Notes under the pieces: model-generated
What the model was told of the DNA's origin: nothing
The model's database searches: none
The model's input: the letters and a program-made list of their open reading frames with translations, nothing else
Shown here: in pieces, positions 48,775-63,850 of the stretch
Layout: each line of letters starts with the position of its first letter
Position numbering within the stretch: the stretch's first letter is position 1
Position numbers and translations under genes: made by a program
NCBI RefSeq assembly: GCF_018350175.1
Contig: NC_058368.1
Coordinates: forward strand, 94,614,001 to 94,678,000
Reading direction: 5' to 3'
Source: Felis catus
Lineage: Eukaryota
DNA: 64,000 nucleotides

Positions 48775-50700
48775 TATTTATTAAACATTTCGTATGTAAG
48801 AGACAGTAGGCAAAGTGTTAATGATATGAGAAGGTCTTATTTTCTATCATGGAGTTTACGGTCTAGCAAGCCAGTAAATATAAGTTTAGTGACTGTTACA
48901 AAAGAGGGAATATATGGAGCCCCAGAGACTGACAGCAAGTAGTTAGAGACTGTGACAGGCAGGGGAGTTTCTGGTGAGAGAAAGAGCACATGAAAAAGGA
49001 TGGAGGCTTGTCTCTTGAGCCCATTGAGTATGAGGTAGCTGCAATATCCAGGTGGAGATTGGTTGGCAATCTGGGGCTTGAGAGAAAATTATAGACTAGA
49101 AACTGAGATTTGGAAATCATTGAGGGTTAGATTGTAGTTTCAGTCATGAGAATGGTGGAGATCAATCACTTAGGGAGAAAATATAGACATTTATGAGCTC
49201 AGGATACTGGGGGGTGGGGGGGGAGCTCAGTTGATTTAGCATCCGACTTCAGCTCGGGTCATGATCTCATGGTTTGTGAGTTTGAGCCATGCGTCGGGCA
49301 CACTGCTGTCAACACAGAGCCTGCTTCGGATTCTCTGTGCCCATCTCTCTCTTCCCCTCCCCTGCTCATGCTCTCTGTCTCCTATGAGCTCCTAAATTTA
49401 AAAGGCAAGTAGAGTTGGAGGAGCTTATGACAGCGAATAGGAAGGAGCAGTCTGAGATGAAAGGAAGAAGATTTCTTGGAGAGTGAATTATGTCACATGT
49501 TCCTAAGAGGTAATAGAGAAGAAAAAAGTAAATTAACTAATTTAATCCTCAGAGCTGTGAATTAGGTCCTGATATTTTCCCTGGTTTGCTCAGTGGTTAA
49601 ATATCAGTGCCTAGATTGAGTACTAGAAAGTGAGAGAGCCAAGATTTGAATCCAGGTCCGTGTGACTCAACAGCCTCAACCTCTAATCACTATACAGGGA
49701 TAAAAAAGTGAATTCAGTGACATGGAGATCACTGGTGATCATTGTCTAGGGGCAGGAGGAGCTGTTTTAAGATGGCGGGTAGTATTGAATGCTGTTGAGA
49801 GGTCAGGAAAGAGAATAGGCTTGTGAGTGTTGTATTTGGTTAGATGGACCTCTCTGATAACCTTGACAGTGGTCATCTCGGTTACAACTGAGAGGAAAAA
49901 GAAACCTGCTTGGATTAAACCGAGGAGAGAATGTGAGGACACAAAGTGGAAGCCACCAGATAAGTTAACTGTTTCAAGAAGCCTGGAGGTAGGATGGTCC
50001 CTGTAGGGAGTGTGGATTTAATGACTGCAGATGTTAGAGGAGGCTTGTATGCCGATGCGCAGATGCATGGAGAGAGAAATTTATAACGCAGCACAGAGAG
50101 GGATATAATTTTCTTGAGAAAGTGAGAAGTTGCAAGATCCAGAGTGCAAATGGAAGGGATGGACTGTGAAAGAAGTGAGAACATGGCATTTGTTGTAATA
50201 GGAAATAAGAGTATGGGTTAGGTATGTAGTTTTGAGTGTTGGAAGAGAAATTTGTGTCTGATTCCTGCTTTTTTCTCCAGGCAGCTGAGGGAGTGGGTAG
50301 GTTTAAGAGGTTTGAGAAACAGAGGAGAAAGTATGAAATAGTATTTTGTATACTGGGAAAATGAACAAACTCGGGATTTTAGTCTGCTTCACTGTGTTGA
50401 ACAGTGCTGATTGCCCATTTGCAATTTGTGGCCATAAATTTAAAATGGGAACTGTTGGAAGGTTGTACATTTTTCTTGATCCATTTTTAGCTGCAGAGGT
50501 AGAGCAGGTGGGTAATTGGATTTAATTAGGGTTTCATCTTTGCCTGGGGTATCAGATGAAGGGAGAAAGGGAGAAAGGATGGCCTGTGTGTAAAAGGGAG
50601 TGATTCTAAATTGAGTCAGGCAGAGAGACAGCATAATGTGTGTTGGGGGTAGGTTGTTGGAGAAGAAATGGCTGGAGACAGAAATGGAACCCCGAGCCAC
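48775..50700 (-). mobile_element. Fragmented L2 (purine-rich on +) with a nested SINE and MIR
   Basis: catggagtttacggtctag; atatccaggtggagat...gagatttggaaatcatt; gaatgctgttgagaggtcagg...accttgacagtggtcatctcgg. Confidence 0.65.
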
Positions 50701-53249
50701 AGCCTCCCTAGAGTAGGTTGTGGTGTAGAGGGCCCTCAGACACATTAGGTCCAGGATCACTCGGGGAGTTTTTAATTTGAATCTTCAGACTTCTTTGGCT
50801 TGGTCTGGTGTATGGCAAGCATGTCCTTTAAGAGAGAGAAGTAGATAAATGTAAAACCTATCGTCTGATCTTGTCGGAACGTTTAGCCCTGCATCAACTT
50901 GGAAACTGAAGTGGTCCAGATATATGAAGATCTGTTCCATATCTAAGAATTCTTAACGTGTGGCCACTGGCTACGCCTTTGTCTGTTGCTTCCTTGGCTG
51001 ATGATATACCCAACAGCTGCTGGAAAATACTGGAGTAGTTCACAATGAGCCCTCTATATTAACGATACTACAGCCAGAAATCAATTAAAATGTGTAAAAT
51101 GTAAATGTTTTATGTCTCAACTGAATTTATTAACTTTTGAACACCATTGGTGATTTTCTGAATTGCTTTTCTAAATCTAGTACTCTAATTTGGGAATGGT
51201 ACTGTAAATTTTAGATTCAAGAAACAGTAAAGTTGGCTAGGCTAAGTTTTCTCGCAAGTAAATTGCAGTGTTGAATATTGAATCAGTTCTGATAATTTTG
51301 GCAAAAAAAAAAAAAAATGACAATTTTCTCTCCTGGCCTAATTTATGTGAGATTTTAAGCATTTTTGCTGTTATGTCACCATGTGAGTGCTTAAATGTAT
51401 CTTTAATAGATTATGTAAATTGTGTTTCTTTAAAATTTTTTCATTCCTTTTTCTGAGAAGTATTTGGAGAAAATTAAACTTATATGAAGAAGACTCACTT
51501 TGTTATATATTTCTCTCCTCAGAACAAATTTTTGGGCACTATTGACTGTTTTTATGGTATTGGGGAAAGTAAAGATTTTTCTTTATATTGGTTTTTTTGG
51601 TTGTTTGTTTTTGTTGTTGTTTTAACTTTTCTACTATCCTTAATTCTTATCCCGAATTATGTAATCTTTAAAAAACATCGCATGTCTGTATATAAAGCGC
51701 TTTAATGATTTTAATCAGATCCTCAAGTCTTGGGTCACCTGCCCTCTTGTTTGGAAGTGTGGCCGTCCCAAGATTCCTGGTCATTGCAAGTCTGTGGCCG
51801 TTTACATGTTTGTGTGTAGCATCTGCTCAGTGTCACAGGTTCTATGTTTCCGGTCTGTATTTGGATGACATGTCTGAGGGTCTGAAGGCAGCTGTTCAGT
51901 TAGTGCACAGACTGTAGTCACTTTCAGTCACCTTATACAATGGGGAGTGGAATTCACACGCAGTGGGAACATACCACAGCTAGGGCTTTTAGATGAAATA
52001 AGGGGGAGCAAGTCGGGCCGGTGGAGCAATGCTGTCCTTGTCTTACCACTTACCCCACCTTTTGCTATTAGCAGAAACAAGAGGCAGAATAGAATCTCAT
52101 TTTTGCACATCTTGGTAACTTGTTCAGAAAAGTTTTGATCCTAATTAATGAAGTGACCGACTGTATACCATTTTTACAACGTCATATTTTGTTTTTAAAA
52201 CTTGTTTTGTGGGGTGCCTGGGTGGCTTAGTCAGTTAAACGTCGGACTCCTGATATCCGCTCAGGTCATGATCTCACGGTTCATGAGTTCGAGCTCTGCG
52301 TTGGGGTAGATAGAGCCTGCTTAAGATTCTTTCTCTCTTTGCCCCTCCTCCCCCCCTTCAAAATAAATAAACTTAAAAAAAATAAATTGTTACTTTTTGG
52401 AGTTTATATACATAAAATTTGCTGATACTCAGTAAATATCATAACATCAGTGAAATGCTATATGTTTGTTGTAGTGGTTGTGGTTAGTTAACAAAAAAAC
52501 ATAGCTGACAAATTATTCAGGGTGAAGATAAAATGTAATAATAAGTGAATGTGTAAAAAGAAATTCCCTTTTTTTTTTTTTAATTTAGTTTGAGAGAGTG
52601 TGCATATTCACATTTGAGCAGGGCACGGGCAGAGAGAGAGAGAAAGAGAGAATCCTAAGCAGACTCTGCACTGTCAGCACAGAGCTCTATCTACTTGGGG
52701 TTCGATCTCACGAACCATGAGATCCTGACCTGAATGAAAATCATGAGTCAGACGCTTAACCAGCTGAGCCACCTAGGCATCCCATGATAATAATTTTGAA
52801 TGTGATATTTTAATTGATATATGGCTTTCTGAGTATACGTATTATAAACTAGTTGTTTCCCACCATAGAGCCTTACATTGTAAATACCTTTCAACCTTTC
52901 AATGTCAATAAATGAAATTTTACTCAGCAATATCACTTTAAATGGCTGCAGAGTATGGTGTTGTTTATATATTCCATCTTCTTTTTCTTTTTCTTTTCTT
53001 TTTCTTTGGGGGGGGGGGTAAACATGGTTTATTTTTCAAGTAATCCTTCAGCAATGCCTTTCCTTTTGAAGCCATATTTAAGCCTTTTGGTAGACACGAA
53101 CATTATTGGCCAGTTAAAATAAGGGAAGTAGATCTTAGAAATGATTCCATGTGTTAGAATTCTAGTAACTGCTAGAGTAATGAGTTTTTATTGTAGGGTA
53201 AGCTGTCTTTCCAGGGTTTATCATGTTTGGACATTTAGTCCAGAACATC

Positions 53250-53892
53250 CTTTTTTTTTTTATTGTACTTATTTTTTATTTTATTTTTTAAGTTTTCATT
53301 TAAATTCAAGTTAGTTAATGTACAGCGTAATATTACGTCCAGGTGTACAATATAGTGATTCACCTCTTCCATACATCACCCAGTGCTCATCACAGCAAGT
53401 GCCCTCCTTAGTCCCCATCACCTACTTCACCCATCCCCCACTCCCCTCCCCTCTGGTAACTGTCAGGTTGTTCTCTAGAGTTAAGAGTCTGTTTCTTGGT
53501 TTGCCTCTCTCCTTTTTCTCTCGATGATTGTGTGTTTTGTTTCTTAAATTCCACATCTAAGTGAATTATATGGTATTTGTCTTTCTCCCACTGACTTATT
53601 TTACTTAGCATAATACTGTCTAGCTCCATCCATGTTGTTGCAAATGGCAAGATTTCTCTTTTTTGATGGGTAATATTCCATTGTGTGTGTATATTTACAT
53701 ATATACATATATATGTGTATATATACCTGTGTGTGTGTGTGTGTATGTATGTATATATACACATATATATGTATATATACACATACACAAATTGCATCTT
53801 TTTTATCCATTCATCAGTTGATGGACATGTGAGCTATTTCCATAATTTGGCTACAGTATATAATGCTGCTGTAAACATGGAGGTGCATGTTG
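53250..53892 (-). mobile_element. Carnivore L1 3' UTR fragment with an internal (TA/TG/CA) microsatellite
   Basis: catcacccagtgctcatcaca; minus-strand EILPFATTWMELDSIMLSKISQ. Confidence 0.9.
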
Positions 53893-54224
53893 GAATGGCT
53901 TTTAAATTTGTATGTGTGTGTTCATTAATTCATGAGGTTCTCAAACAGTGTTTGCTTCCTTCTTTCCTCTCTTCCTCCCTTTCTCTTCCCCCCTTCTTCC
54001 TTTCTTCTTTATAATGGAGGAGAAAGCAGTTTCTTTCAGAGCTATCCCATTTTATCTCAAGGAGTTCCAGCCCGACCATCTTATTAACAGGGTAATTTTA
54101 TCCATGCTTAAAATCCTGCCACTTCCTTGATAAGGACAATGTAATAAATACTCCAAAATAACCCAGCAGTAAAACAAAGAGAGTTACTCAGGTACAACTT
54201 TATTTATGAAATGAGCAAAAGCTT

Positions 54225-55322
54225 ATGGAATACACCAGCAAAAAGAGATCTTAGATGGATATGGCAACAGATTCTTAGGGTAGATATCAAAAACACGAAC
54301 AGCAAAGGAAAGAAGATAAATTAGACTTCCTTGAAATGAAAAACTTTTGTGCATTGAAGGACTGTGAAGAAAATGAAAAGACAACCTAAAGAATGGAAGA
54401 AAATGTTTGCACGTCATATATCTGCTAAGGGATTTGTTTCTCATATATTTGACGAACTCCTGCAACTCAACAACAAAACACCTCCACTAAAAAATGGGCA
54501 AAGGACTTGGATAGACATTTCTCCAAAGAAGATGTACAAATGGCCAAAAAGCCCGTGAAAAGATAATGCATCATTAGGCATTAGGGGAATGCAAATCAAA
54601 ACTACAAGGAGATATCACTTCACACTCATTGGGGTGGCTATAATTACAAAGAGAGAGGAAGGAAGGAAGGAGGGAAGGAAGGAAGAAAGAAAAAGACAGA
54701 AAATAGGTGTTGTTAAGGATGGGGGGATATTAGGACCCTTGTGATTGCTGTAGGGAATATAAAATTGGTGAGCCCCAATACTTTGTCAGTTCCTCAGAAA
54801 TTCAAACATAGTGTTATCATATGACTCTGCAGCCCCACTGCTAGATATATATCAGGAAGGACTCAAGTAAGTAATGTACATGTGTGTGGATAGCAGTATT
54901 AGTCACAGTAGCCAGAAGGTCCCAGATGTCCCATCAGCGGATGCATGGAGAAACAATGTCTGTAAATACGTACAAAGGAATATTATTGAACCATAAGAAG
55001 GAATGAAGTACGATACATGCCTCAGTGTGGATGAACCTCAGAAACATTCGCTTAGTGAAAGAAACCAGACCCAAAAGGTCACATATTGTGTGATTCCCTT
55101 TGTGTAAAATATCCAGGTTAGGCAAATCCATAGAAGCAGCAAGCAGATCAGAAGCTGCCAGAGCCTGGGGGAGGGAAGGAAGGTAGAGGAGTGACAGCTT
55201 AAAGGTTAGGAGTTTCTTTTTGAGGTGAGGGAATGTTCTGGAATCAGAGAGTGGTAATATATTGTGAATGTATCAGGAACCACTGAATTGTGTACTTTAA
55301 AGTGATTAAAATGGTAAATTTG
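54225..55322 (+). mobile_element. Old L1 (L1MB-like) ORF2 end and 3' UTR
   Basis: MKRQPKEWKKMFARHISAKG; ends ccactgaattgtgtactttaaagtgattaaaatggtaaattt. Confidence 0.88.
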
Positions 55323-57407
55323 ATAGACATCAGGAAAGAGAGTAAGGGAAACTGACTTTAGGAATAATTCAACCTTCTTCCTAAGTTTATTGATGAGGAA
55401 GGTCAGGCCCAGTGAGATTAAATGATTTGTCAGTTATTTTTTGCACAGCCAGATGAGATCCTTGTCTGACAGAATGGAGGGGACAGTGGATTTAAAGTGA
55501 CAAAACTGGGGCGCCTCAGTGGCTCAGTTGGTTAAGCATCTGACCCTTGATTTCAGCTCAGGCCATGATCTCACTCATGATTCATAGGATCACGCCCTGT
55601 GTTGGGCTGTGTGCTGACAGTGCGGAGCCTGCTTGGGATTCTCTCTCTCCCTCCGCCCGTCCCCTTCTCCTGCTCTCTCTTTCTCTCAAAATAAATAAAC
55701 ATTTTTTTTTAAAGGTAAAATATAAAACTGAGTTTAAATTCTTAGAATGTGGGCAAGAATCTGAATTTACAGCAAACTTCCCTTTTTGAAAATGTGGCTA
55801 GTAATACCTCTCTTAGGATTATTGTTGATAGAACTCATTGAGATAATGTCAGCAAAATGCCTGTTAGAGGGAGTCCCACATAGTAGGTACTTGATGTTAA
55901 TTGAATCTGAATTTGCAATGCTGTAGTCTAACCTTGTGTTAGGAACATAAGTTTTTCTGGAAAATTTTTTTAGGAATATATTATCTTGGAAGTACTTGAG
56001 TGCCGGCTTTATAGCTTATACGATAGTTTGCTCTTTAAAAAATACTGTGCAGCATTACAGTATTCTAGCTTCTAAGCAGGCTCTTAGAATTGAGATTGAA
56101 TTGTCTGTAGCCATCGTTTTTAACAAATCACTGTTGTATTTCTCTTACTTAGTAGAAAGGATTCCCAAATGAATATGGAGGAAGAATACTACTTCCTTAA
56201 TTGCTAATACTGCATTGTAGGCTACTTGAACTCGCTGTGGGGCTTTTTTTTTTTTTTTTTTTAACCCACAGTGACCTTTCATAGAGTGTGTGCTCTGAGA
56301 GACCAAATTGGCATGGCAATGTGCCAACTATAAGTGTAATTTTCTGTGATATTAAATCATCTTTGCTTTTATTTGATCATTCTCAATGACAGTACTTTCT
56401 ATTTACTTAGTAGCTTTCAGCAGGGCTCAAAACTCTGCAAATATTGAGCCTCATAACACTCCTTTGAAGCAGGCATACTGTAATCATCCATATTTGTTAG
56501 GAGAGGAGGAGGATGTTACCACTTCATTGTTAATACTGTAATAAGAGAAGAAATAGTCTATTAAAAATCGGTTGCTAATTAGAGGATGGTTTTCTTTGAA
56601 AATGAGAACCAGGGGCGCCTGGATGGCTCAGTCGGTTAAGTGTCTGACGTCGGCTCAGGTAACGATCTCACATTCATGGGTTCAAGTCCTGCATTGGGCT
56701 TTCTGCTGTTGCCATGGAGTCCACTTTAGATCCTCTGTCTCTCTCACTCTCTGCCCCTTCCCTGCTCATGCTCTCCCTTTCTCAAAAGTCAACAAACATT
56801 TAAATGAATAATAAATAAATAAAGTAAAATAAAATAAAAAAGAAAATGGAAACCAAGTTTTTCTGCCTCATGTAGACGATGCCCAGGATTTCCATCCTCA
56901 TTTTAATTTGCCTATTTTCTCTACTTTTCAACCGACTGTAATGTGTATTGACTTCTTCAGATTCTCAAGTACAAGAAGAAAGTTGCAAGCGTGTACCTAA
57001 AGTAGTGTAACTGAACTATATCAGTTGTCAAGTCTTTTTGTTCTAGACAGATCAGTAGAGTAATTTATATATTTTTTTAGCTTTGAGGGTGAGTACTGTG
57101 TAGTCAGTTGTAAGTTACATGACAGTCACCTCCTCAGGTATTTTAGGTTGGCATGGCAATGACTAATAATACCACTGGCATGTAAGTGTGTTTATGCTTT
57201 GCAATGATGGTATGCATTTTATGAATAAAGTACTGCCTAATCCAGTATCTTTTGGCTGTTTGTTTCTTGAGCGGTGATCTTTGGAGATGGGGAGATATCC
57301 TATAGGTTAAGATACAGAACAAGCTTAAAAATGCGGTTTAAAATGGGGCCTACTTAATGACAATTCCCGAAAAAAGATAAAACATTTCTCATAAGGAAAT
57401 TTAGTTT

Positions 57408-58292
57408 GTTGTTTTTGTTTGTTTTTAAAAAATTTTTTAGTTAACATACAGTGTAATTTTGGTTTCAGGAGTAGAATTCAGTGATTCATCACTTACATAC
57501 AACACCCAGTGCTCATCACAAGTGTCCTCAATACCCATCACCTATCTAGCCCATCCCCCACCAACCACCCTCCATCAACCCTCAGTTCTCTGTTGTTAAG
57601 TGTCTCTTGTAGTTTGTTTCCCTCTCTTCTCTTCCCCCCCCTTCTCGCATGTTCGTCTGTTTTGTTTGTTAAATTCCACATATGAGTGAAATCATAGGGT
57701 GTTTGTCTTTTTCTGATGGACTTACTTTGCATAGCATGGTATGTTCTAAGCTCCATCCACATCACTGCAAATGGCAAGATTTCATTCTTTTTGATGGCTG
57801 AGTAATACTCCATTTTACATGTATATATAACACATCTTCTTTATCCATTCATCAGTCAGTGGACATTTGGACTCTCTCCATAGTTTGGCTATTGTTGGTA
57901 ATGCTTCTGTAAACATTGGGGTGCATGTACCCCTTCAAATATGTATTTTTGTATCTTTCGGGTAAATACCTAGTAGTGGAGTTGCTGGGATGTAGGGTAG
58001 TTCCGTTTTTAGTTTTTTGAGGAACCTCCACACTGCTTTCCAGAGTGGCTGCGCTGGTTTGCATTCCCACAAGCAGTGCAAAAGAGTTCCCCTTTCTCCG
58101 CATCCTCGCCAGCATCTGTTGTTTCTTGTGTTGCTAATTTAATTTTAGCCATTCTGACAGGTGTGAGGTGGTATCTCATCGTGGTTTTGATTTGTATTTC
58201 CCAAATGATGAGTGATGTTGAGCATCTTGTCACGTGTCTGTTAGCCGTCTGGATGTCTTCTTTGGAAAAGTGTCTTTTCGTGTCTTCTGCCC
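57408..58292 (-). mobile_element. 5'-truncated carnivore L1
   Basis: Minus-strand MEYYSAIKKNEILPF and [14 protein letters not shown]...[16 protein letters not shown]. Degenerate TSD AGGAAATTTAGTTT (57394-57407) / AGGGAATTTGGTTT (58293-58306), 12/14 identical. Confidence 0.92.
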
Positions 58293-61200
58293 AGGGAATT
58301 TGGTTTATGCTAAGAAGCAAATCCATAAGTTGCCTTGCGGTCGGTTAATATGGGCCAGGGCCCGTTTGGAGGCTGAAGGGACGTCTCATTTCTTCTTCAT
58401 ACTGTATACAATTTGCAGTTGTCTGAGATATCTCGTTGTCTCCACTTCTCTCCTGCTGAACTCTGGCCAGCCTGGGTGGGTGGGGCGGGTTGAAGCTGAA
58501 TCTTAGCAGCTGCAGTGCAGACAGTAACTGCTATACAGATTCTACCACATTCAAGCAAGCAGGAGGATAACGGTAATTTTATTGACCACTTAATATATGC
58601 CAGGTATTCTTTGTGCTTTGATGCTTTGTCTCATTGGACCCTTGGACTTAATAAACAGTGAGTCACTTTTTATTATTTGCCCAGGAGGACTGAAAATAAT
58701 TTACAATTTAATAAAGTAGCCACCGTTCTAACATAATGATTACTTTGCCTCCTGCTTTTAGTGTGGTTCATGGCTAGTGCCTATTCTCACAGTCTATGTT
58801 TTTGTTTTTTAACGTTTACTTATTTTTGAGAGAAACGGAGCGTGAGTAGGGGAGGGGCAGAGAGAGAGGGAGACACAGAATCCGAAGCAGGCTCCGGGCT
58901 CCGAGCTGTCAGCACAGAGCCCCATGCGGGGCTCGAACCCACAAACCGTGAGATCATGACCTGACCCAAAGTCAGATTCTTAACCGACTGAGCCGCACAG
59001 GCACCCCAGCAGTCTTTATGGTTTTATCGTTGCTCTTAAACATTTTGTTTTGATGGCCATGAAAATCTCCTGAGGGTAGGTGATTTATTTCCATTTGGCA
59101 AGTGTGAGGAGTCAAAGACTGACCTTGATAGAGATGAGGCTGAGAATTGTTCCTGTTCTTTTTGGCAGGGCTGTCTGGGTGATCAAGTACTTATAGTACT
59201 AGGGCATCAGAGAATTTCTGGTAGGAAAACAGTCTGCACTGAATTTTTCTAAAGCACATCTCCACAGCTGTAGAGCAAGTAGGGAACAGGTCAGCTGAGA
59301 TACCGACTGAGCCTTTGAGCCCTCGGGCAGCCAGGCAGGGTCTCCCGGCACTGGTGTTTTCCAATCACCCAGCCGCTAGCTGACTTGTGGACTAAACACA
59401 CTGTAAAGTACAAACATTATCATTTGCAGTCAGTGCCAGGATGGGAGTTAGGCTGAGGAAACAGAATTTCCCTCAAAAATGGTAGGAAGTAGAAATTGTA
59501 AAATATTTTGTCTTTTTTTAAAAAACCGAATTCACTCTCTCATCTTCTGTTTAATTGCTGGGAGGATATTGTATTCAGGGTTGAAATTTACAGTTAGCAG
59601 TTTATTGTTAGTGATCTCAGAAGTTAGCAGTAGTGATTTGCAGAAAACTATAAGCATATCCTGAATGCTGTGTCTACTGGCTGATGGTGTGGATTGACTG
59701 AGGGCAAATTTGACCTGTTTTCTGAGGATGCCTTTCACCCCCATTATTCTCTGGGGGGAAGTTTGGTTTACTAGCAGTTTTAGGTAATTTTTGAAGCTCT
59801 GACATAAAAATTCTTTTAGATGGTGAAGATGAGCTACTTCATCACTGATTGACAAACAGCAAGTTGACCCAAATCAGTTTCGAAGTGGATTCACAGACCA
59901 CCTTAATTACTGCCACATTCTCATTTCTGCCAGCCTCTCCCACAAACCCTCGTAGTTTTGTTTTTGCACCTTAATGTTAAAAAGCATCATGATCTCTTTT
60001 TTTCTTCTACGTACAGTGTCACCTCATCTAATGGGGAAACAGGTTTTAGAGTCTAAGGTCATGCAGGTGATGATGATCTCATGGAGAACACACTTTTTTT
60101 TTTTTTTTAATGTTTACTTATTTATGGGAGACAGAGAGAGACAGTGTGAGTGGGAGAGGAGCAGAGAGAGAGGGAGACCCAGAATCCAAAGCAGGCTCCA
60201 GGCTCTGAGCCGTCAGCACAGAGCCTGACATAGGGTCGAACCCACGAACAGTGATATGATGATCTGAGCCGAAGTCGGACGCTTAACCAGCTGAGCCCCC
60301 CAGGCACCCCTTAGGCAGAGGGGAATCCCTTAGGAGCACATGGCATTGGACCCCAGCATCTCATTCCTGTAAGGACAAGTTGCCCATTTTACTGTCCTTT
60401 GGCAGTTTGTTTGAACAGTTCAGTGTTTCTTTAGTTGAACATTTAGAGAGCATGTATGTCCTTTAGCACTGGAATCGCTGTTAGCCCACATGGGACCTCA
60501 GCTTGCATTGACTGGTGATGGACATTTTCCACCTCACTCCAGGACTTAAACTCGTTCAGGCAAATGGTGGACCTAACTGCCTGCATTATTTGATTCTGTC
60601 TCTGTTTGCAAAGGGTATACTTGAGGTCATATAAGGGAATCATAGTTGAATTCACAAATTCAGTATCTTGTCACTCCATTGTGTCACCTGATACTTGTTC
60701 TGTACGTGCTTTGTCCCTCATATGTTTCACTTATTTATGCCTTCAGGTTCTTATTTCTGAGAATTTAAAAGTACTACTGTGTTCATTAAGAAAGTCCCCT
60801 GCCTGTTACCAATCTCCTACTGATGTATAGGATTAGAGCCTGTTAGGAGAGAGAAAAGGCTTTAAATATAAGCTCACCGGAATTCTGTATTTGTTGTCTA
60901 AATATATTCTTTAAAAACCTTGCACATAAACATTCTGTGTGCCCAGTGAAAAAAGGAAGGGATAAGATAGTGAAGGTGATAGTTGCTAATTTTTAAATTG
61001 GCAGGGCAGAGTGTATCTTGACCTAATTAGTGCCAGTTTGAAGAATACTAACTCTGATATGATTCTCTGTTTCCCCCAAATATATTGAGCTGGGTTCTAA
61101 TTGCTACCCACCAAGCAATTTTAATTGGATTTAGATTCAGATACGGCTGTCTCCCATGGTTTCCACTCTTGTAGACTCGACTTAGGCCGCTTTATACAGT

Positions 61201-63714
61201 AGGGGTTTGCCTTTATTTGTATTAATAACATTAAACACCTATTTTTCTTCATTCTAGGCCATTAAAACCTATCACAGTCATTAGTGTAAGAAGAATTCTA
61301 AAAGTCAATTATTGTAACATTAAGACCTGAAAATTTTGAGAGCTGTAACATTTAATTTATTATATTTTAAAAGGTTTGGTTGAAGATTACTATTTGTGGG
61401 GTTTTTTGTTTTTTTTCCACATTAATATTGTTGCAGAGAGGGTTTAGACTCTATTACTAAATAGCTGTGTGTCCTGAGACAAAGCATTTGATGCTTTGCC
61501 TCTCTGATCTTGGTGCTATCCTGTCCAAAATAAAGGGCTCGGATTAAGTGATTTCTCCCATCCAGCTCATAAATAAGTCCGTATTAGATTTTGACAGACA
61601 ATGGAGAGTGAGGTTGATGAATTTCAAGGTGGCGTTGGCGTTGGCATTCAGTGAAAACAACACAGGCTTCAGAATCACACTGTTAGCCTCTTAGGAAGAA
61701 TCTCAAGCAGATTACGTATCTGCTTCGGGCTCAAATTCTAATCTGAAAATTTGGATAATAAGAGCTACCCAGCAAGATTTGTCTGAGAACTAAATATGAT
61801 AGGAAACGCAAAAGTGTCTATTACAGTACAGTTTAGTTCATGGATATCTTTATCCCTTAAAGATAAGGTGAGGACAAGGCAAATTGAAATGCCTCACCCT
61901 TTATAAGGCTGTTACTGAGTTTTGCCAAAAGTGGAACTGGCTGTGAAAGTAGAGGCATAAAGAAGACAATTCTTTGAATCTTTAAATATTCTCTCTAATA
62001 TCTTTAGGATAAATTACTTTTGACAGCAGTTGGAAGAACATATTTAAGGGACGTTTAGGTCTGTCACAAGACGTTACTGAATTTTCTTCTTTAGCACTGG
62101 TAACCTTCTTTTCTTTTCCTGGAGCATTGGAACTTAAATCAGAAATGAATACTAAGTAAACTTTCAGGCAAAAAGCTGGATCCAGTTCTGTTGCTTTTAT
62201 AGTGACTTTGGACTCATCACTTAACAGCTATGTACCTCTTTAGAGATAATGCCAATTTTAGGGATACTAGAATATACGCACTATCTTGAATATTTAAAGG
62301 AAACTAGCAAGTATCAAAGAATATGGACCATCAGAATATTTTGGAGGAATGGCCTCCAAGGAGGCCTATACGGAGTAAAAGCCTATAAATTTGTCAGTGT
62401 TTTCTGTTAGTACCTCATTGGTAAGAAATCTTAATGCGGTAGACTCTGTTTTGAATTTGTGGCTCTTGGGGCGCCTGGATGGCGCAGTCGGTTAAGCGAC
62501 TGGCTTCAACTCAGGTCATGATCTCATGGTTCGTGAGTTCAGGCCCCACATTGGGCTTTGTGCTGACAGCTCAGAGCCTGGAGCCTGTTTCAGATTTTGT
62601 GTCTCCCTCTGTCTGTCCCTCCCCCACTCACACTTAGTTTCTCTCTGTCTCTCAGAAAAAAATACACATTAACTTTTTTTTTTTTTAATTTGTGGCTCTA
62701 TAGTTGGTATCTTTTAAAAATTACTGGATATTTAATTATAATCTAGTTGGCATGTAGCCTTGAACTGAGCGTATGGGGTAATGATAGTGTACCTTTACGC
62801 ACTGATTTGTCAAATAAATTATTGGTAGACCAGGTGTGGTAGTGGTATTTGTTTGAACTTAGGCTTTGGTTTGTTATTTTCTGTTAGGATTGCAAAATCT
62901 TAACTTTTATCACTGGAGTTGGGCTAACCATTTGGGCTTATTGTGTTAGCTGTTTGAATCAACTAGAAAAAGCCACTAAGAATCTACCTTGATATTTGAC
63001 TATACAAAAAGCTGTATGCTTAAGGGAAACCCTATCCCTTTACTTACAACACATGAGAGAGCATAACTTTGAATGTTTGATGAATGGCAGGAGCTAGGAC
63101 TATATCTGCTCAATTTTAAAATAAAAGTAAAGAAGTTAGAAGTAGGTAAGAGTATAGTATAGAAGATAAAAATTAGGGAAATTATCAGCATTCCAGTTTC
63201 ACATTTGTGATGAAGATCTCAGAAGTTAAATGGAGTGTCTTTAAATTTTGAATTTCTAGCCAGAGAAAAGTCATTTTTTATGAATATTTCTTTAAAAAAA
63301 TTTTTTAAAAATGTTTTTATTTATTATTGAAAGGGAGAAAGAGCATGAGTGGGGGAGGAGCAGAGAGAGAGGGAGACACAGAATTTGAAGCAGGCTCCAG
63401 GCTCTAACCTGTTAGCACAGAGCCTGACACGGGGCTCGAACTCACAGACTGTGAGATCATGACCTGAGCCGAAGTCGGTTGCTTAACCGACTGAGCCACC
63501 CAGGCGCCCCATGAATACTTCTTTACAAAAAAATAGCCACTGACTTGGTTCTTAAATATTTAGACTAAGTCCTGTGGAAATTTCATCTGAAATGGTTTTA
63601 GCAGCATGCAGTATTCATAATTATAAAATCAGCATGCTGTTTGGATCTTCTAAAACTGGTTCAGGAAATTTACTTAGTACTTACTGGTTCAGGAAATGTG
63701 TAAGCGACCTTGAG

Positions 63715-63850
63715 ATTTTTTTTTCTTTTAAATTTTTATTTTAATTCTAATTAGTTAACATACATTGTTACATTGGTTTCAGATGTACAGTATAGTGATG
63801 CCACATACATCACCCTGTGCTCATCGTGACTAGTGCGCTCCTTAATCCCC
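63715..63850 (-). mobile_element. Short carnivore L1 3' terminal fragment
   Basis: T tail, then ttagttaacatacattgttacattggtttcagatgtacagtatagtga...catcaccctgtgctcatc. Confidence 0.8.
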
